64,000 nucleotides of DNA from Felis catus (Eukaryota), in contig NC_058368.1 of assembly GCF_018350175.1 (NCBI RefSeq), positions 208,632,001-208,696,000 on the forward strand, given 5' to 3'. The notes under the pieces are model-generated. The model searched no databases. It was given only the letters and a program-made list of their open reading frames with translations, and had not been told where the DNA came from. A program made the position numbers and the translations under genes. This document shows positions 49,001 to 61,799 of this stretch, one piece after another; position 1 is the stretch's first letter, and the number at the start of each line of letters is the position of its first letter.

Positions 49001-50989
49001 GAGGCCAATATAACATGGTGTTGGTTTGCAAGGGTTAGGAGAAAGGTAGATAACTCTTCCTTGAGTTCAGAAGCTTAAGGAGAAAATCCTAAGGATGGAA
49101 AGTGACAAACTGTACTGACACTGACTTCTTTTTAAAAATTTTTTCTAAAAAAATAAATAAATAAAAAATAAATAAATTTTTTTTCTATAATTCAAGAGAA
49201 GAAACAGGGCCAAGCATATTATACCGATGTTATTAGACAAAGAGTAGAAAATATTCTAAGCATTAGAACAGGAAAACACCTGATGAAACGGTGTTAGAAA
49301 TTACAAACACAAAAATGATCGCAGCCAACTAAGCTGCTAGACATTTGCTATGCATGGGGAGAAGAGTGTTGAAAGGAACCCAGAGGATGAAACTGGTGTT
49401 GGAAAACCATCTGACAGGATCCAGAGCTAAGACACCCTGCTTAGAGACCAGAGACTTTTGCCTAGCAAACTCACTCCACAGGAGAAAGGGGGCAAGTGGA
49501 TAGCTCTTTGCTGACTCCTATCACAAACGAGGCACTCCATAAATCTTTGTAGAATTGAACTGCTGAAATAAACCAAACTCAGATAGAAGAAATGGAATTT
49601 TTCAAATTGAAACAGCTGCCTTTTTGAGCTGCACTGCTCAAAGAGAGAGTGGTTTGGAGAAGGGAAGGACACCGGAACTAAACAGTCTCTTTTTGCAACT
49701 GCTAGTAAAATTAGAGGGAAAGCAAATAGCAAGAGAGCAGGCAATCAACATCAAATGGATGTGGACCACTTAAGTAATTGGGTCAAGGAATAGTAAATGC
49801 AGTTCAATTTAGGATAATGTTCAATAAATTGCTTTAAGAAATAACCTAGGGAATACAGGTTAAATGGAACAACCATGTAGGAGATTGATCTGCAAGTCAC
49901 AATAAAGAAAATCATTGAAACTAACCACCAGAGCATTACCAACATTAGTAAAAAGGCCACCCTGACCCTAACAGTGAAAATGCAAATAGACTCGCTCAGA
50001 CCACAGAGCAGCTGTCCTCATTCACGCGCTTCTTTCTATTCTTCTTGTACTACGGAAAAGTTAACCACTTTCCAAGCAGCTCTCCTAACTTAATCTATTT
50101 CGAGATTACTACGGGCTTCCTCTAGTTTCTCTCCAAATTTCCTTATTTGCTTGGAAAAACTGGCAGTTATAGTCACAGACAAAATGGTCATGTTACAAAT
50201 GTTACTACCCACTTGTCAAATTCTTTGGTTGACCACCAGGGGTGGCACGGAGAATCCTTGCGCCACACTTAGAGGCCTTTCCCCTAAAGAAGGTGGGTTA
50301 TGGCACAAAGACAACACCGACCTCAGAGGTAAAACCAGGTAAAACTAAAAGTCAACCAAGCTCACACTTTCCCAGGCACAGGGCTGGAAATGACTGACAT
50401 TTGCCTATTTGAATTTAAATCTGCTTCCTTCAGTTCTGGACAAGAAACGTGGAGACACTGGTTAATTTCAACGGACATTTGCCGAGCAGTATGGCAGACA
50501 CTGCTGGGATTCCACCGTGACTAAGCTACAGCCCCGCCCTCGGGAGACCCACAGTCACATAATCCCAGTATAAGGCACACGCTAAGGACAACTTCTGCTG
50601 CATTTGAGGTGATCACACATACTCTCTGTGGATCTGAACTGGATATAAATTTGGAACAAGTTTTCAAAACCCCAGAAATAAAAAAATAATAATCATGTTT
50701 TACTGGTATCTCTAAGGCCCAAATGAAAGAGAGATGAACTCCAATCATTTTGCTAAACAAAAATGGTCTGTTCCTGCCAGCAAGACAGCAGCTTGAGCAA
50801 TGATATTCCAGCCAACTTCCTTTCTCAGCTCAAATCTGTCCTGTTTTGCCCCAGCCTTGGAGGAGTTTGCTCTTGCAAACAACCGAGACTCACCTAGACT
50901 CCTGAAAGGAGCAGGGTTAACCCAACCAGACTAATTAGGTGTCTGGATTTCACTGGCCCAAGGAGAAACATTTTAATGGAAGACAATAC

Positions 50990-51180
50990 AAACATGGGAG
51001 TCTGAGGTAAGCTGGTTTGGATCCAGCGTCTACATCCTATCAGCTTGTTATTTTACCTCTCTCAACCTCAACCTACTCATCTTTATAATGGGAGTAATTA
51101 CTCTGTATTGTTGACTCATTCTTTACACTAAACAAGGTAATATAGGTAACAGAGTGCCTAGCACATACCTCAACTAATGT
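50990..51180 (+). mobile_element. MIR
   Basis: catgggagtctgaggtaagctggtttggatccagc...ctcatctttataatgggagtaat. Confidence 0.7.
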
Positions 51181-52879
51181 CGAGACCCGTTCCATGCCAC
51201 TATTCCCATCAGATGCCGGGCAAAGATACTTTCTTATATTCCATCCTTCCATCCAGCACGTCTCTAAAGAGTAACAGACAATGGAAATGGCGTCAGCTGG
51301 TCATAGCATTCCAGGGGATACCTGTGAGTATCTTGTGAGTAAAAACATGGAGGGTCTACAGTGAGGGAGTCATCTCTCCTTCTAGCAAATACTTTCAGAG
51401 TCATCCTTCACAGAACAGCTTTATTCCACACTTGGTTTGTCAAAGATGACTTATATCCTAGCCATAGTGATTGAACTGGATATGGTAGAATTTTGCCAAA
51501 GGGTATGAATAAAGAGTGAAGGAAAAAAATACAACTACACTATGATTATTCTCATTACAGGTAAGGAATTTTATAGAAAAGAGAAGTTGAGTAACAAGCC
51601 AAAGACACACAGCATTTCAGAAGTAAAGTTTATGAGTGGTGTGCCTCAATTTCTAGCACTGTGCTCTATCTGGGCAAGAACTAAGTCTGCCCTTTTCCCT
51701 GCTACAGCCTTAATGCCTAGCCCCTAGCAACGCCCAGAACCTACGACTCCTAGCAATACCTCACGACACTTCACCATAATAGGCACTCAATAAATGCTTA
51801 AAAATCAGTAATCTTAAGAAAGGTAAAATTAAAAGTGTGCAGCTGCTCAGAGCCTGCACTGAAAGCAAAAACTAATAAAATATATATATTGAAAAGGAGA
51901 CATCCTGTTCCAGCACAGGACAAAATGAGACATTTTTTTCCAAACTAGCAAAAATGTCAAGTAAGTTCCCCCAATACTACCTAAGCGTTATCGTGCAATA
52001 TCCCTCCCCCTTCTTTTTTTTCAGGACAATTTGCTATCCATTCTCAAAAACAACTCTCCAAATAAAGTAGATTTCATCATGATTCAAACTTACAACATTT
52101 TTAAATAAAGAAACACCAGATAAACACTAGGAGAGCTGATACTCTGGTCCCAAACAACCAAACAGATGTGATTCCTACCACTTCCTACCTTTCCAAAAGA
52201 CGTGATTAATGGGGAATTATAGGAATATTCTAATTCTTGATGAAAAGCTTGATTGATTTATTGGTGCTTGCAGCCAAACAATAACCAGGTCCATGTTTCA
52301 AACCACTACAGATGACCCAGAATCTGGGGCTCATCACGATTCTATACTTTGCTACAAGACTGGTGCCAAGAATATTTCCTCCTGGCTCAGTAATCCTTCT
52401 TCCTTTCTGGATAAATTCTACATCGCTTTCCCTTTGCTCCTGCCTTGGGTTAAGATTTCTTGCAGCAGCCTTGTAAATGACTTCTGTCTTTGAAGATTGA
52501 TTAAAGTTACACCGTGTCTCTGATTCTCACCCTTGGAATGATTTCCACTTTCCACCCCAACAGGACCTTGCACAGAAGTCTCAGTCCAGCATCAATCACC
52601 CCTGGGAACCATCATGGGTCTTGCTGTCCCTGGACTAGGTTGGGTGCTTCTGCTCTGTGTCCGTGCAGTATTTGTATATCCCCCACTGCAAGCTCTTCAT
52701 ATGTTATTATTAATTTCTATTTAATTGCCTATCTTTCCAACCAAACTGCATGACCACAAAGAAAACATCATATCCTCAGTACCTGGTGACTGTTAAGTAA
52801 ATGAATGCCTCCCAAAGTTCGATCAGTGCTTAAAAGTCCAAATTTCATGCTTTCTCATGAGAGAAACCATCGCACTGTT

Positions 52880-53360
52880 ACTTAAGCTAATTGTCTCCTG
52901 ATATCCATTCTAATCTTTGTTCTTTGGGTAACCGAACCCCAGGAGTTTGGGCAAGGAACAAGGCCACACAGCTAGGGATGCTTCCATTTTCCCTTGCAGA
53001 TAGGCTCTGGCCAGCTGGATGTGAGCTGAAGAGATATGTACAACTTCTAGATAGTGTCATTAAGAAGAAGCTGCCTCTCCTCTACTTGCTCCTTCCCATT
53101 CCTCAAGGCTAGAAAGCAAACATGGTAGTGCTGAGACAGCTTCAGACAGGGAGATGAGGAAAACAACCTAACGACGGCAGAAGCACAGGGCAGAAGAAAC
53201 TTATTCCTAGGTGAGCTCAGATAGTAGACCCATCTGTCTACCCTGGACTACTCACCTGTCCCTAGACTTAGATCAGAAAGAAGCAAACTTGTCTCTTTAT
53301 GCCTCTGAATCTGGGGGTCTCTCTCTTTTAGCATCTTATGTTGAACCTTTAATAATTCAT
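52880..53360 (+). mobile_element. Old MaLR-type LTR fragment
   Basis: ccattttcccttgcagataggctctggcc...ccttcccattcctcaaggctagaaagcaaacatgg...ccctggactactcacct. Confidence 0.5.
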
Positions 53361-54483
53361 ATCATTTGTAAATTCCTATAACTTAATTTTGCCTACAAAA
53401 AGGGCTGTTTTTAAAGTTTCCTAACCAGGTAAACAAACACTGATTATCACTACCATCATGGATACAGGAAACTCATAATCATCTACTGTTCATGTAGCTA
53501 CTATCCAAAAGCAATAAAGAATTCAGTAGAACATTATTCTGTTTACCATCTGCACTAGAGTTAATGCTTTGTTTACTTAATGATGGCTGCTGTCTTAATT
53601 TGGAGTTGTACAAAAATGTTGTGCCGAGTGATACCAACTGGAAAATTGACAAATTGTCCTTCTCGGTATAATTTTGCAGCACAGAAAATCCTTTTGTATA
53701 GTGTATTTAAGTAGGTCTAAAGCACTCTTCAATACCTGTTGCCTACCCATAAGATCTTATAAGACTATAACTAGAAGAAATATACAGGTGCGGCTTGAAG
53801 GAGTCAGAGGGTGCTTGTGGAGTCAGTCCTGGGCCTTCAAGCCACACCTATACATTTGGATGATTTAGAAAATCAATATTTTGCCGTCAAAAATAATAAA
53901 CCCCAAGAGATGTTATAACAGACTTGGTCCTTCTCTTTCTTTTCCTAGTACTTAAACCCTGAAGCCAGAGAGAATGCTCACAATGGATGGTAAGAACAGT
54001 CTCAGATTTAAAGACACAGTCAACTTGTCATGGGCTGAGCTGGACTCAAGATTTGCCACATCTAATTTCCTACAAACAGACACAGCAGTTTGTAGAGTTC
54101 TCCAGGTATCTAGAAATAAACCAAATTCCCTTTCAACACAAAAGCTTCTAGCTATAATCCCCTCATGGAGAGCCTCCTCTATGGGCAAGGCTGAAATTCC
54201 AGGCCTCGTCATACACCCTGTCCCTTTAGTATTAGCTAACGTATGGATTACTCTTATTTTTATGTTTCCCCTATTAGAATACAAACTCCATAAGGGCAGA
54301 GAAGCATGTCTTTTTTATTTAGTGTTATATTCCCAGTGCCTAGAATAGTACCTGACACATAGAGAAAAAGGGGACTTCAGGAAATACAAGTTGAATCAAA
54401 GAATGAATGGAGGCCCTTTCTGAAAATTTATATTAAGCACCTCAGCAGTGCATATTCTAATCCCAGTGTTTATTCACATATTC

Positions 54484-54691
54484 TTTTTTTTAATGTTTAT
54501 TTATTTTGAAAGTGTATACATGCATGCAAGCTGGGGAGAGGCAGACATAGAGTGAGAGAGAGAATCCCAAGCAGGCTCCATGCTGTCAGCGCAGAGCCTA
54601 ATGTAGGGCCCAAACCCATGAACCATGAGATCATGACTTGAGCTGAAATCAAGAATAGGATATCTAACCAACTGAGCCACCCAGGTGCCCC
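54484..54691 (-). mobile_element. SINEC abutting an L1 poly(A) end
   Basis: T-rich tail, reverse head ...ccacccaggtgcccc directly before the L1 T-run. Confidence 0.94.
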
Positions 54692-54696
54692 CCCCC

Positions 54697-55218
54697 TTTT
54701 TTTTTTTAACTTGAATTAAAAAATGGTGTAGTATTGGTTTCAGGAGTAGAATTTAGTGATTCATCACTTACACATAACACCCAGTGTTTACCCCAACAAG
54801 TGCCCTCCTTCATGCCCATCACCCATTTAGCCCATCCTCCCCACCCATCTCCCCTCCAGCAACCCTCAGTTTATTCTCTGTATTTGTCTCTTATGGTTTT
54901 CTTCCCTCTATGTTTTTATCTTATTTTTCCTTCCCCTCCCCTAGGTTCATCTGCTGTGTTTCTTAAATTCCACATGAGTAAAATCATGATATTTGTCTTT
55001 CTCTGACTTATTTTGCTTAGTATAATACACTCAAGTTCCATCCATGTTGTTGCAAATGGCAAGATTTCATTCTTTTTGATAGCTGAGTAATATATGATTG
55101 TACATATATACCACATGTTCTTTATGCATTTATCAGTCGATGGACATTGGGCTCTTTCCATAATTTGGCTACTGTTGACAGCACTGCTATAAACATTGGG
55201 GTGCATGTGCCCCTTTGA
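54697..55218 (-). mobile_element. Carnivore L1 3' end including decayed ORF2p C-terminus
   Basis: ORF-track peptide CPSTDKCIKNMWYICTIIYYSAIKKNEILPFATTWMELECIILSKISQ matches the L1 ORF2p C-terminus; carnivore-type 3' UTR follows. Confidence 0.93.
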
Positions 55219-55419
55219 ATCACACATTCTGATTGGGCCCAACTACATTAGGTCAGAGGTAGCAAGTCCCTCACTTGCTTTGTGTTTTATCCATAGTCAC
55301 AGATTAAAAAAAAAAAAATGATTAACTAAGATGTCATTGCAAGCAACAGAAAATCTCAACCTAAATGCCCTTAAACCAAAACAGACTTGTTTCCTATCAA
55401 GTTAAATATGTTTGGCTTA

Positions 55420-55899
55420 TGTTTTGGCTTATGTTGAATTGTGTCCCCCACCCCCACCCCAAAAGAGAGATATGTTGAAGTCCCAACCTCTAGCATCTCA
55501 AAATGTGATCTTATTTGGAAAAAGGATCTTTACAGAGGTAATCAAGTTAAAATGAGGCCATTAGGATGGGTCCTAATCTAACATGACTGATAATGTCCTT
55601 AAAAGAAGGGTGGAATATGGATATGACAGAGGGAAAAAGATGTGAATACACACAGGGAGAAGACAATCATGTGACTGGAGTGATACATCTACCCAAGGAA
55701 TACCAAAGATTGTCAGCTAATACCAGAAACTAGAAGAAGCAAGGAAAGATTCTTCCTGGGAGCAGTCAGAGAGAGCTTGGCCTTGCTACAGTGTGATTTC
55801 AGACTTCTGACCTCCAGAACTATCAGATAATAAATTTCCATTATTTCAAGCCACCTAGTTTTCGGTGCTTTGTTACAGCAGCCCCAGGCAATTGATTTA
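55420..55899 (+). mobile_element. MLT1B/C-type MaLR solo LTR
   Basis: gttgaattgtgtcccc...gatatgttgaagtcccaacc...aatgtgatcttatttggaaa...gatttcagacttctgacctccagaact...ctttgttacagcagcccc. Confidence 0.88.
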
Positions 55900-56369
55900 G
55901 CTTAGTATAAATCTTTAATGCAGGGCCCGATTTCTTTGACCAGGACCTTACTTCTCTCTCTCCAGTCTTGGCTACAAGTCCTCGGGCTCAGATGGTTCTT
56001 CTCCCAAGATGGCTGCCAGCAATTTCCAGGGCTTCCTGCTTCTTCATATTTAATGGAGAGTCAGCACTCACAATAGCCAGTGTAAGTTGGGACTGGAGTC
56101 ACATACCTAACATAGACTGCTCGATTCAGGTGCCCAAATAGCAAATCAATGACACTGTCCAAGGGGATGGACTGTGCTGATTGCTCGGAGACAATCAAGG
56201 CCTCCACTTTGAGATGGAGGAGGAGTCCAGTCCTGCAGTCACCACAGTTCACGGTCATAAACCTGCTCTCAACCCTCAATCTACTTAGTCAAGGCTGCTC
56301 ACTGCAAACTCTGCTACTTTCTGTTTATGGGCTTTTTTCCTTTTTTTTTTCTTGACCACAAGCATATGT

Positions 56370-56670
56370 TCAGCCCATGCACAGAGCACACTAGAAGCTC
56401 CTAATGCCCCCAAGAAGCAGCCCTCATCTACGGACTTAAGGGAATTGGCAGATCAGTATCCCAGCATCCTCACTCCTCAGGTGGGAGAACTCTGAGGTGG
56501 GTCCCACAGAGTAATCCAGAGTTTCCCAGGGTACTGAGCTCCACTGTCCATGGTGGTTGGTTAACATGCCCTTTATTGACTTTGCCTCCCCCACCAGTAT
56601 TTTTCCTAAATAAACTACTTTTACTTAAATCCTTGTGTCATGTTTGTTTCCAGACCAGAATAAGGGCAAA
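56370..56670. mobile_element. LTR16-like fragment
   Basis: gaagcagccctca...cccagcatcctcactcctcaggtgggagaactctgagg...cctaaataaactacttttacttaaatccttgtgtca. Confidence 0.55.
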
Positions 56671-57208
56671 TGAATTGCAAAGTAGGAAATTCAGAGTTCT
56701 TTCAGAAAACAGAAAAAGATTGGAAAGTACTAGAAAGTCAACCAGGGAATACCTACTCATCATTACTATTTCCTCTCTTTCAATTAATTAGCTTTTTTCT
56801 ACAGCATCGCCTGGCAGACCAGGAAGCATACACACTGGGCTGCATCTTTGCTATCCCTCTCCTACCTGCTGTGTTTCTATTTGCAAGTTATTTCATCATG
56901 TTGCAAGTTCCTTCCTACTTAATGAAGACTAAGCATGACAATCCTTGTCCCTACAGGGTATGACCCCAGGAAAGCAGACCATATTACACCTCTTTACAGA
57001 GGTGGGTCTATTGCTAAAAGTGTCAGAAGGACATATTTAACATCGTTCCCTATCTCTTGGTTCCAGGGGACAACATTAGAGATTAGAGCAGATTACAGGA
57101 AAGATCCAAATCAGATTCGTTATCTCTGGAGTATCCTCTACCATCTGGAAACCACCCACTCTTGATTTAATAAACTGATTTAAAAATACAGCTTATTTAT
57201 CACTTATG

Positions 57209-58037
57209 TATTTTTCCAGTTCTATTGAGATATAATTGATATATACTACTGTGCAAGTTTAAGGTATACAACATGTTGATTTGAAACATTTATATACTAC
57301 AAAATGATTACCACCATAACATTAGTGAATACTCCACATCACTAGTCATCAGAGAAGTGCAAATCAAAACCACAATGACATGTCACCTCCTACCTGTCAG
57401 AATGGCTACCTTCAAAACAACAAGAGATAACTGGTGTTGGCAAGGACATGGAGAAAAAGGAACCCTTGTGCACTGTTAGTGGAAATGCAAACTGGCACAG
57501 CTACTATGGAAAACAGGATGGAAGTTCCTCAAAAAATTAATGATAGAACTACAATATGATTCAGCAATCCCACTTCTGGGTATACATCCAAAGGAACTGA
57601 AATAAGGATCTCACAGAGAGATCTGCATTCCCGTGTTCGTTGAAGCATTATTCACAATAGCCAAGATACGGAAACAACCTAAGTGTCCATCAGCAGATAA
57701 AGGGATGGACCTTCAGGGCATTGTGCTAAGTGAGAGAAGTCAGAGAAAAACAAATACACACAAATAAGCAGGTGATCTCATTTATTGTATGTGGAATCTA
57801 AAAAACCCAAAAGGAGAGAAACAGGAGAGTAGAACAGTGATTAGCAGGGACTGGGGAACATGGGGGAGAGATGAGGAAATATAGGTCAAAGGGTACAAAC
57901 TTCCAGTTATAAGGTTAATAATTTCTGGGGATCTAACACACAGCATGGTGGTTATAGCTAATAATACTGTATTAAATACTTGAATGTTGCTGAGAGTAAA
58001 TCTGAAATGTTCTTACCACAAAAAGAAATGGTAATTA
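57209..58037. mobile_element. L1MA-type element with internal inversion (3' tip on -, upstream part on +)
   Basis: 57209-57335 is an antisense L1 3' terminus; 57336-58037 is sense ORF2-end/3' UTR (atcagagaagtgcaaatcaaaaccacaatga...aaagaaatggtaatta). Confidence 0.88.
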
Positions 58038-59600
58038 AAAATACTATCTTTAACTACTCTGGAGGAGCCCAGACAGCTTTCCTTAATGAGGTCAGTTTTG
58101 CTGAGCCCCCCGCCTGAGCAGCCTATGGATAATAAGCTTTCTCCAGCTTCTTCCTGAACACTGTGCTGTTGCCTTTGGATGGCAGAGAAACAATCCCTGG
58201 GAAAAGCCACCCTGCATCTCCAGCACGCAGAGGCGGTGCTTTGCAAGGGTTGCAGGACACATCCTTGCATTCTCCTTTGTTCTCTGAGTATAAGCAGATG
58301 TTAGGCATTCTTCTCATTATCTTGGGATACTGCATAATATTATTATGGTGTCAGGCTATTAAGAGGCAGCAAATGCTCTACAACAACAGCCTTAATTGAG
58401 GCTTAGAGCTGAACTGTAAGTATGTAACCTTACTTCGGGGTGTTTGCAAATGCTTTCTGGAAACAGTTTAAAAAGATGTTTTCAATTGTTCCAACAGAGG
58501 CTTGCCCTGCCAAGATCAAGTAAAAGCTCCTTAAGATACAGGCACCATAAACATATTTCTTAAGATTTCAATTTTTTTTTTTTTTCAGCCAGAAGCACAA
58601 CAAATCTGTGAGCCAGAAAGCTTCATGCATGCCACTTCCTGGACTATTCCAGGGAAAAGCTAATGAAATGCTGCAAAAGTTGCACTCAGATCCACCGTGA
58701 TCTCACAGCCACAGAATTCCACTCTTCCTTTGAAGTAACTTTACTATGATAATAATTATCTGTCCATGAGTCTGGCCTTGGCACTGGCCTGTCCCGAGGG
58801 ATGGGGATTCAGGCAACAACTGTCCATCTTCAGCAAGGAAGCTCCTGACTCAGGAGGCTGCCCTCATCTTAGCAGCCACACTTGTCTGTCACCATACACA
58901 TGGAGAGACTGGTCTTGAGTTTCTGAGTTGAACTGCAGCTCTCAAACGTTTGGTTGCAGGCAGGTTATGGTTCTGATGAACAGGATACAAGACTGAAAAA
59001 CGTGGGTCAGTTGAAGCTGGTTCCAGGCAGAAACCGTTTACAATAGTCTGACTCTCCTTTAGAGTAAAGGAAAGCGGCAAGGAAAACAAACTGAACACTT
59101 TGAAAAGTAAATTCAGAAAAGAATCCGGAGTTCAGAAACACATTATCCAGGCTGTGGATTATGCAGGCTCCCAAAGAATTGACCCCAATGGAGTTGTTTT
59201 TCTTTAACAGCTTACTAACACGTGCATAAGAAAGGGACAAGCTTATTAGCATTTTGCTGCTTGTTGGAGACAGTGATCAAAAGTTGTATTGGAAAATCCA
59301 GAGGAGTGAAGGATCATAAAATCTCAGTATTACAGACCCTGGAATCCGGAACTGGGGATCATTACTATTTTTGCAAGAAAATAATAACAAAAAAAGACTG
59401 CAGCTATGTTTAAGCAACTTATTTCATTACAATTCCACACGGTTCAGCAGGGGACAGGGAAGAGGTGAGGGCTACATAGCAATAATTATTATCATTGCTC
59501 AGGAGGATCTACAAACAACAGTATTTGCCATGGAAATATTATTTACCTAAGTAAAGCTAGACTTCTGTGAAAAATAAATCTATAATTCAAATATCAGAAA

Positions 59601-59659
59601 TTCAGTTAGGTTTATTTCTCAGTTAGGTTTATTAGGTTTATTTTTCAGTTAGGTTTATT
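59601..59659. repeat. Short tandem repeat of tcagttaggtttatt
   Basis: Three full copies plus one partial aggtttatt. Confidence 0.85.
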
Positions 59660-59989
59660 CCCCAACGAAATCCTCAGATCCAGCAGTAAGTCTGGTTTAA
59701 TAAAGTATTTTAGCATACTAGATAGATAAAATCTAGCCTTGGCGGTTTTCATTTATCTTCACTTCTCAATGATCAAAACTGATGATATATACGAACAGGA
59801 CTTTAATGTCAGGTTACCTTTGGTAAGTAAAAGGGGATACCCAGCACTCAGCCTACCCCACATTTTCTCTGTTATATCCTCTCCTGTCCTGTTACTACTA
59901 TTTAGATTTCTGAATTTATTTTTAAAAATTCTACTTGAGGCACAAGACTGAATTTGGGATGAAAAGCCCAAAAGAAGGCTTAAATGGCT

Positions 59990-60200
59990 AAGATGCTACA
60001 GCGTTATACTGAATGTAAATATGTCCAGACCTAGGTTCATAATCTTGGCCCTGCCACATAGTGACTGTGATACTGTGGAAGTTTCTTAATATCTCTAGAC
60101 GTTGGTATCCACAGCTACTAAACAGATGTAATGTATCTGTTTCGTAAGAGTCACTGAGGGGACAGAAAGAGATCATTTGTACATACACTTGCCACGGATC
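59990..60200 (+). mobile_element. MIR
   Basis: ccagacctaggttcataatcttggccctgccacatagtgactgtgatactgtggaagtttcttaatatctct. Confidence 0.8.
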
Positions 60201-60417
60201 TGACCACAAAGCATTTTTGCTTAACATGCTTATAGTGCTTTCTATATAATAATGCAGGCACTACCATAAGTCAAATGAGTTTAAAAAATTGGTATTTGAA
60301 CTGTAGGTAGTCTGGTTCCAAAGCCAAGAGCCTAAATAAACCATGATGGTGAGCAGCCTCGATATGTACTCAAATTGGGGATTCATAAATAGTAATGATT
60401 ATTGCTGCAGTTAAGGT

Positions 60418-61130
60418 TATATCAGTTAGTTACTTATATATAACAAAACATCCCAAAGAGTAGTGTCTTAAAACAATAATAATTTAATATTTTTTACTAG
60501 TCTATAGGTCAGCCGGGTAGTTCTATTGACCTGGTTCATACATGGCTAATCTTGGCTAGTGAGCACTTGTGAGTGTGTGGACAGCTGGCAGGTTGACTAG
60601 GGGCTGACTGGTCTTAGATGGCCTCAGACGACCTAAATCTTTTATATGTGTCTTTTATAGCCTTTTTTTTTTTTAATTTTTTTTTTCAACGTTTATTTAT
60701 TTTTGGGACAGAGAGAGACAGAGCATGAACGGGGGAGGGGCAGAGAGAGAGGGAGACACAGAATCGGAAACAGGCTCCAGGCTCTGAGCCATCAGCCCAG
60801 AGCCCCACGCGGGGCTCGAACTCACGGACCGCGAGATCGTGACCTGGCTGAAGTCGGACGCTTAACCCACTGCGCCACCCAGGCGCCCCATGTCTTTTAT
60901 AGCCTTTTAATGGGCTCGCCTGGTCATGTTCTCGTGGTCATGGCAAAGATGCGATAGCACCAAGAGACTGAGTCCAGACTGCATACTCTGGACATGTTAA
61001 CATTTGTTAACATCCCATTAGGCAAAGCAAGTCATTTGACTGACCACAGAGTCAAGAGTTGGGTCAAACTGCCCCTCCTACAGTAGGGGGAGTGAAAACT
61101 TGGGGCTATGAATGCAATAAATCTACTGCA
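60418..61130 (-). mobile_element. MLT1H-like MaLR LTR interrupted by a young SINE
   Basis: tatatcagttagtta...tcttaaaacaataa...ggggctgactggtcttagatggcctcag...cccattaggcaaagcaagtca...aatctactgca. Confidence 0.75.
60667..60889 (-). mobile_element. Young feline SINEC, 18-bp TSD
   Basis: tgtcttttatagcctttt at 60649-60666 and 60891-60908. Confidence 0.97.
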
Positions 61131-61799
61131 GAAATACTCAGAATTACAGGAGCAGCATAATTAAACCTGAAAATGAATTCTTTCAACTAATATGTATCCA
61201 AAATTGACATGAACCCATGATGAATTAACATGCCTATTTCTCTTTAGAAGCAAATGCTTAATAAGATATAATATAAAGTTAGATTACTAACATTTGATCA
61301 GGGATCTAACATCTCTAAGTGAGACCACATGTAGTCTTACACTTAAACATCACAACGCACCACAGAGACGACAGGGCAGCAAGCATTTCAGGAGCCAACT
61401 TCCCTTTAGTTATTTTTACAACATGGATCATGCTAGCGAAAACTGGCAAACTTTGTAATGCTGTACCTTATTATGTGAGAGCAAACTAGTTATAATGAGA
61501 ATCAATCTTGCTGACCATAACAACAGTGGTGACGGCTTACAATTCAACTTGTAAAACATCCCATCAAAATGAAAAATTTAGATCTGGTATTCCAGGGTTA
61601 AAAATCAAATTATGATTATTTTAGAATGCTAGGTAAAATGATTTTACTGCTAACATAAGTAGAGCTCTAAAATATAGAACATTTTTATGTGGATGGCATT
61701 TGAAGACAAGAATAATTTTTATAGTATTTCTCTAACATAGCCAAAAAAGATATAATAGGTATTACTCTGAGCAAGAGGAAAATTGTTCAACAAGAAATA

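Noticed and set aside
50230..50250. CTCF-like ccaccaggggtggcac
   Set aside because: Core spacing is off by an insertion relative to CCASYAGRKGGC; poor match in either register
53974..54348. 124-aa ORF overlapped by a 110-aa antisense ORF
   Set aside because: The 3' part is L2-derived, and there is no recognisable protein similarity
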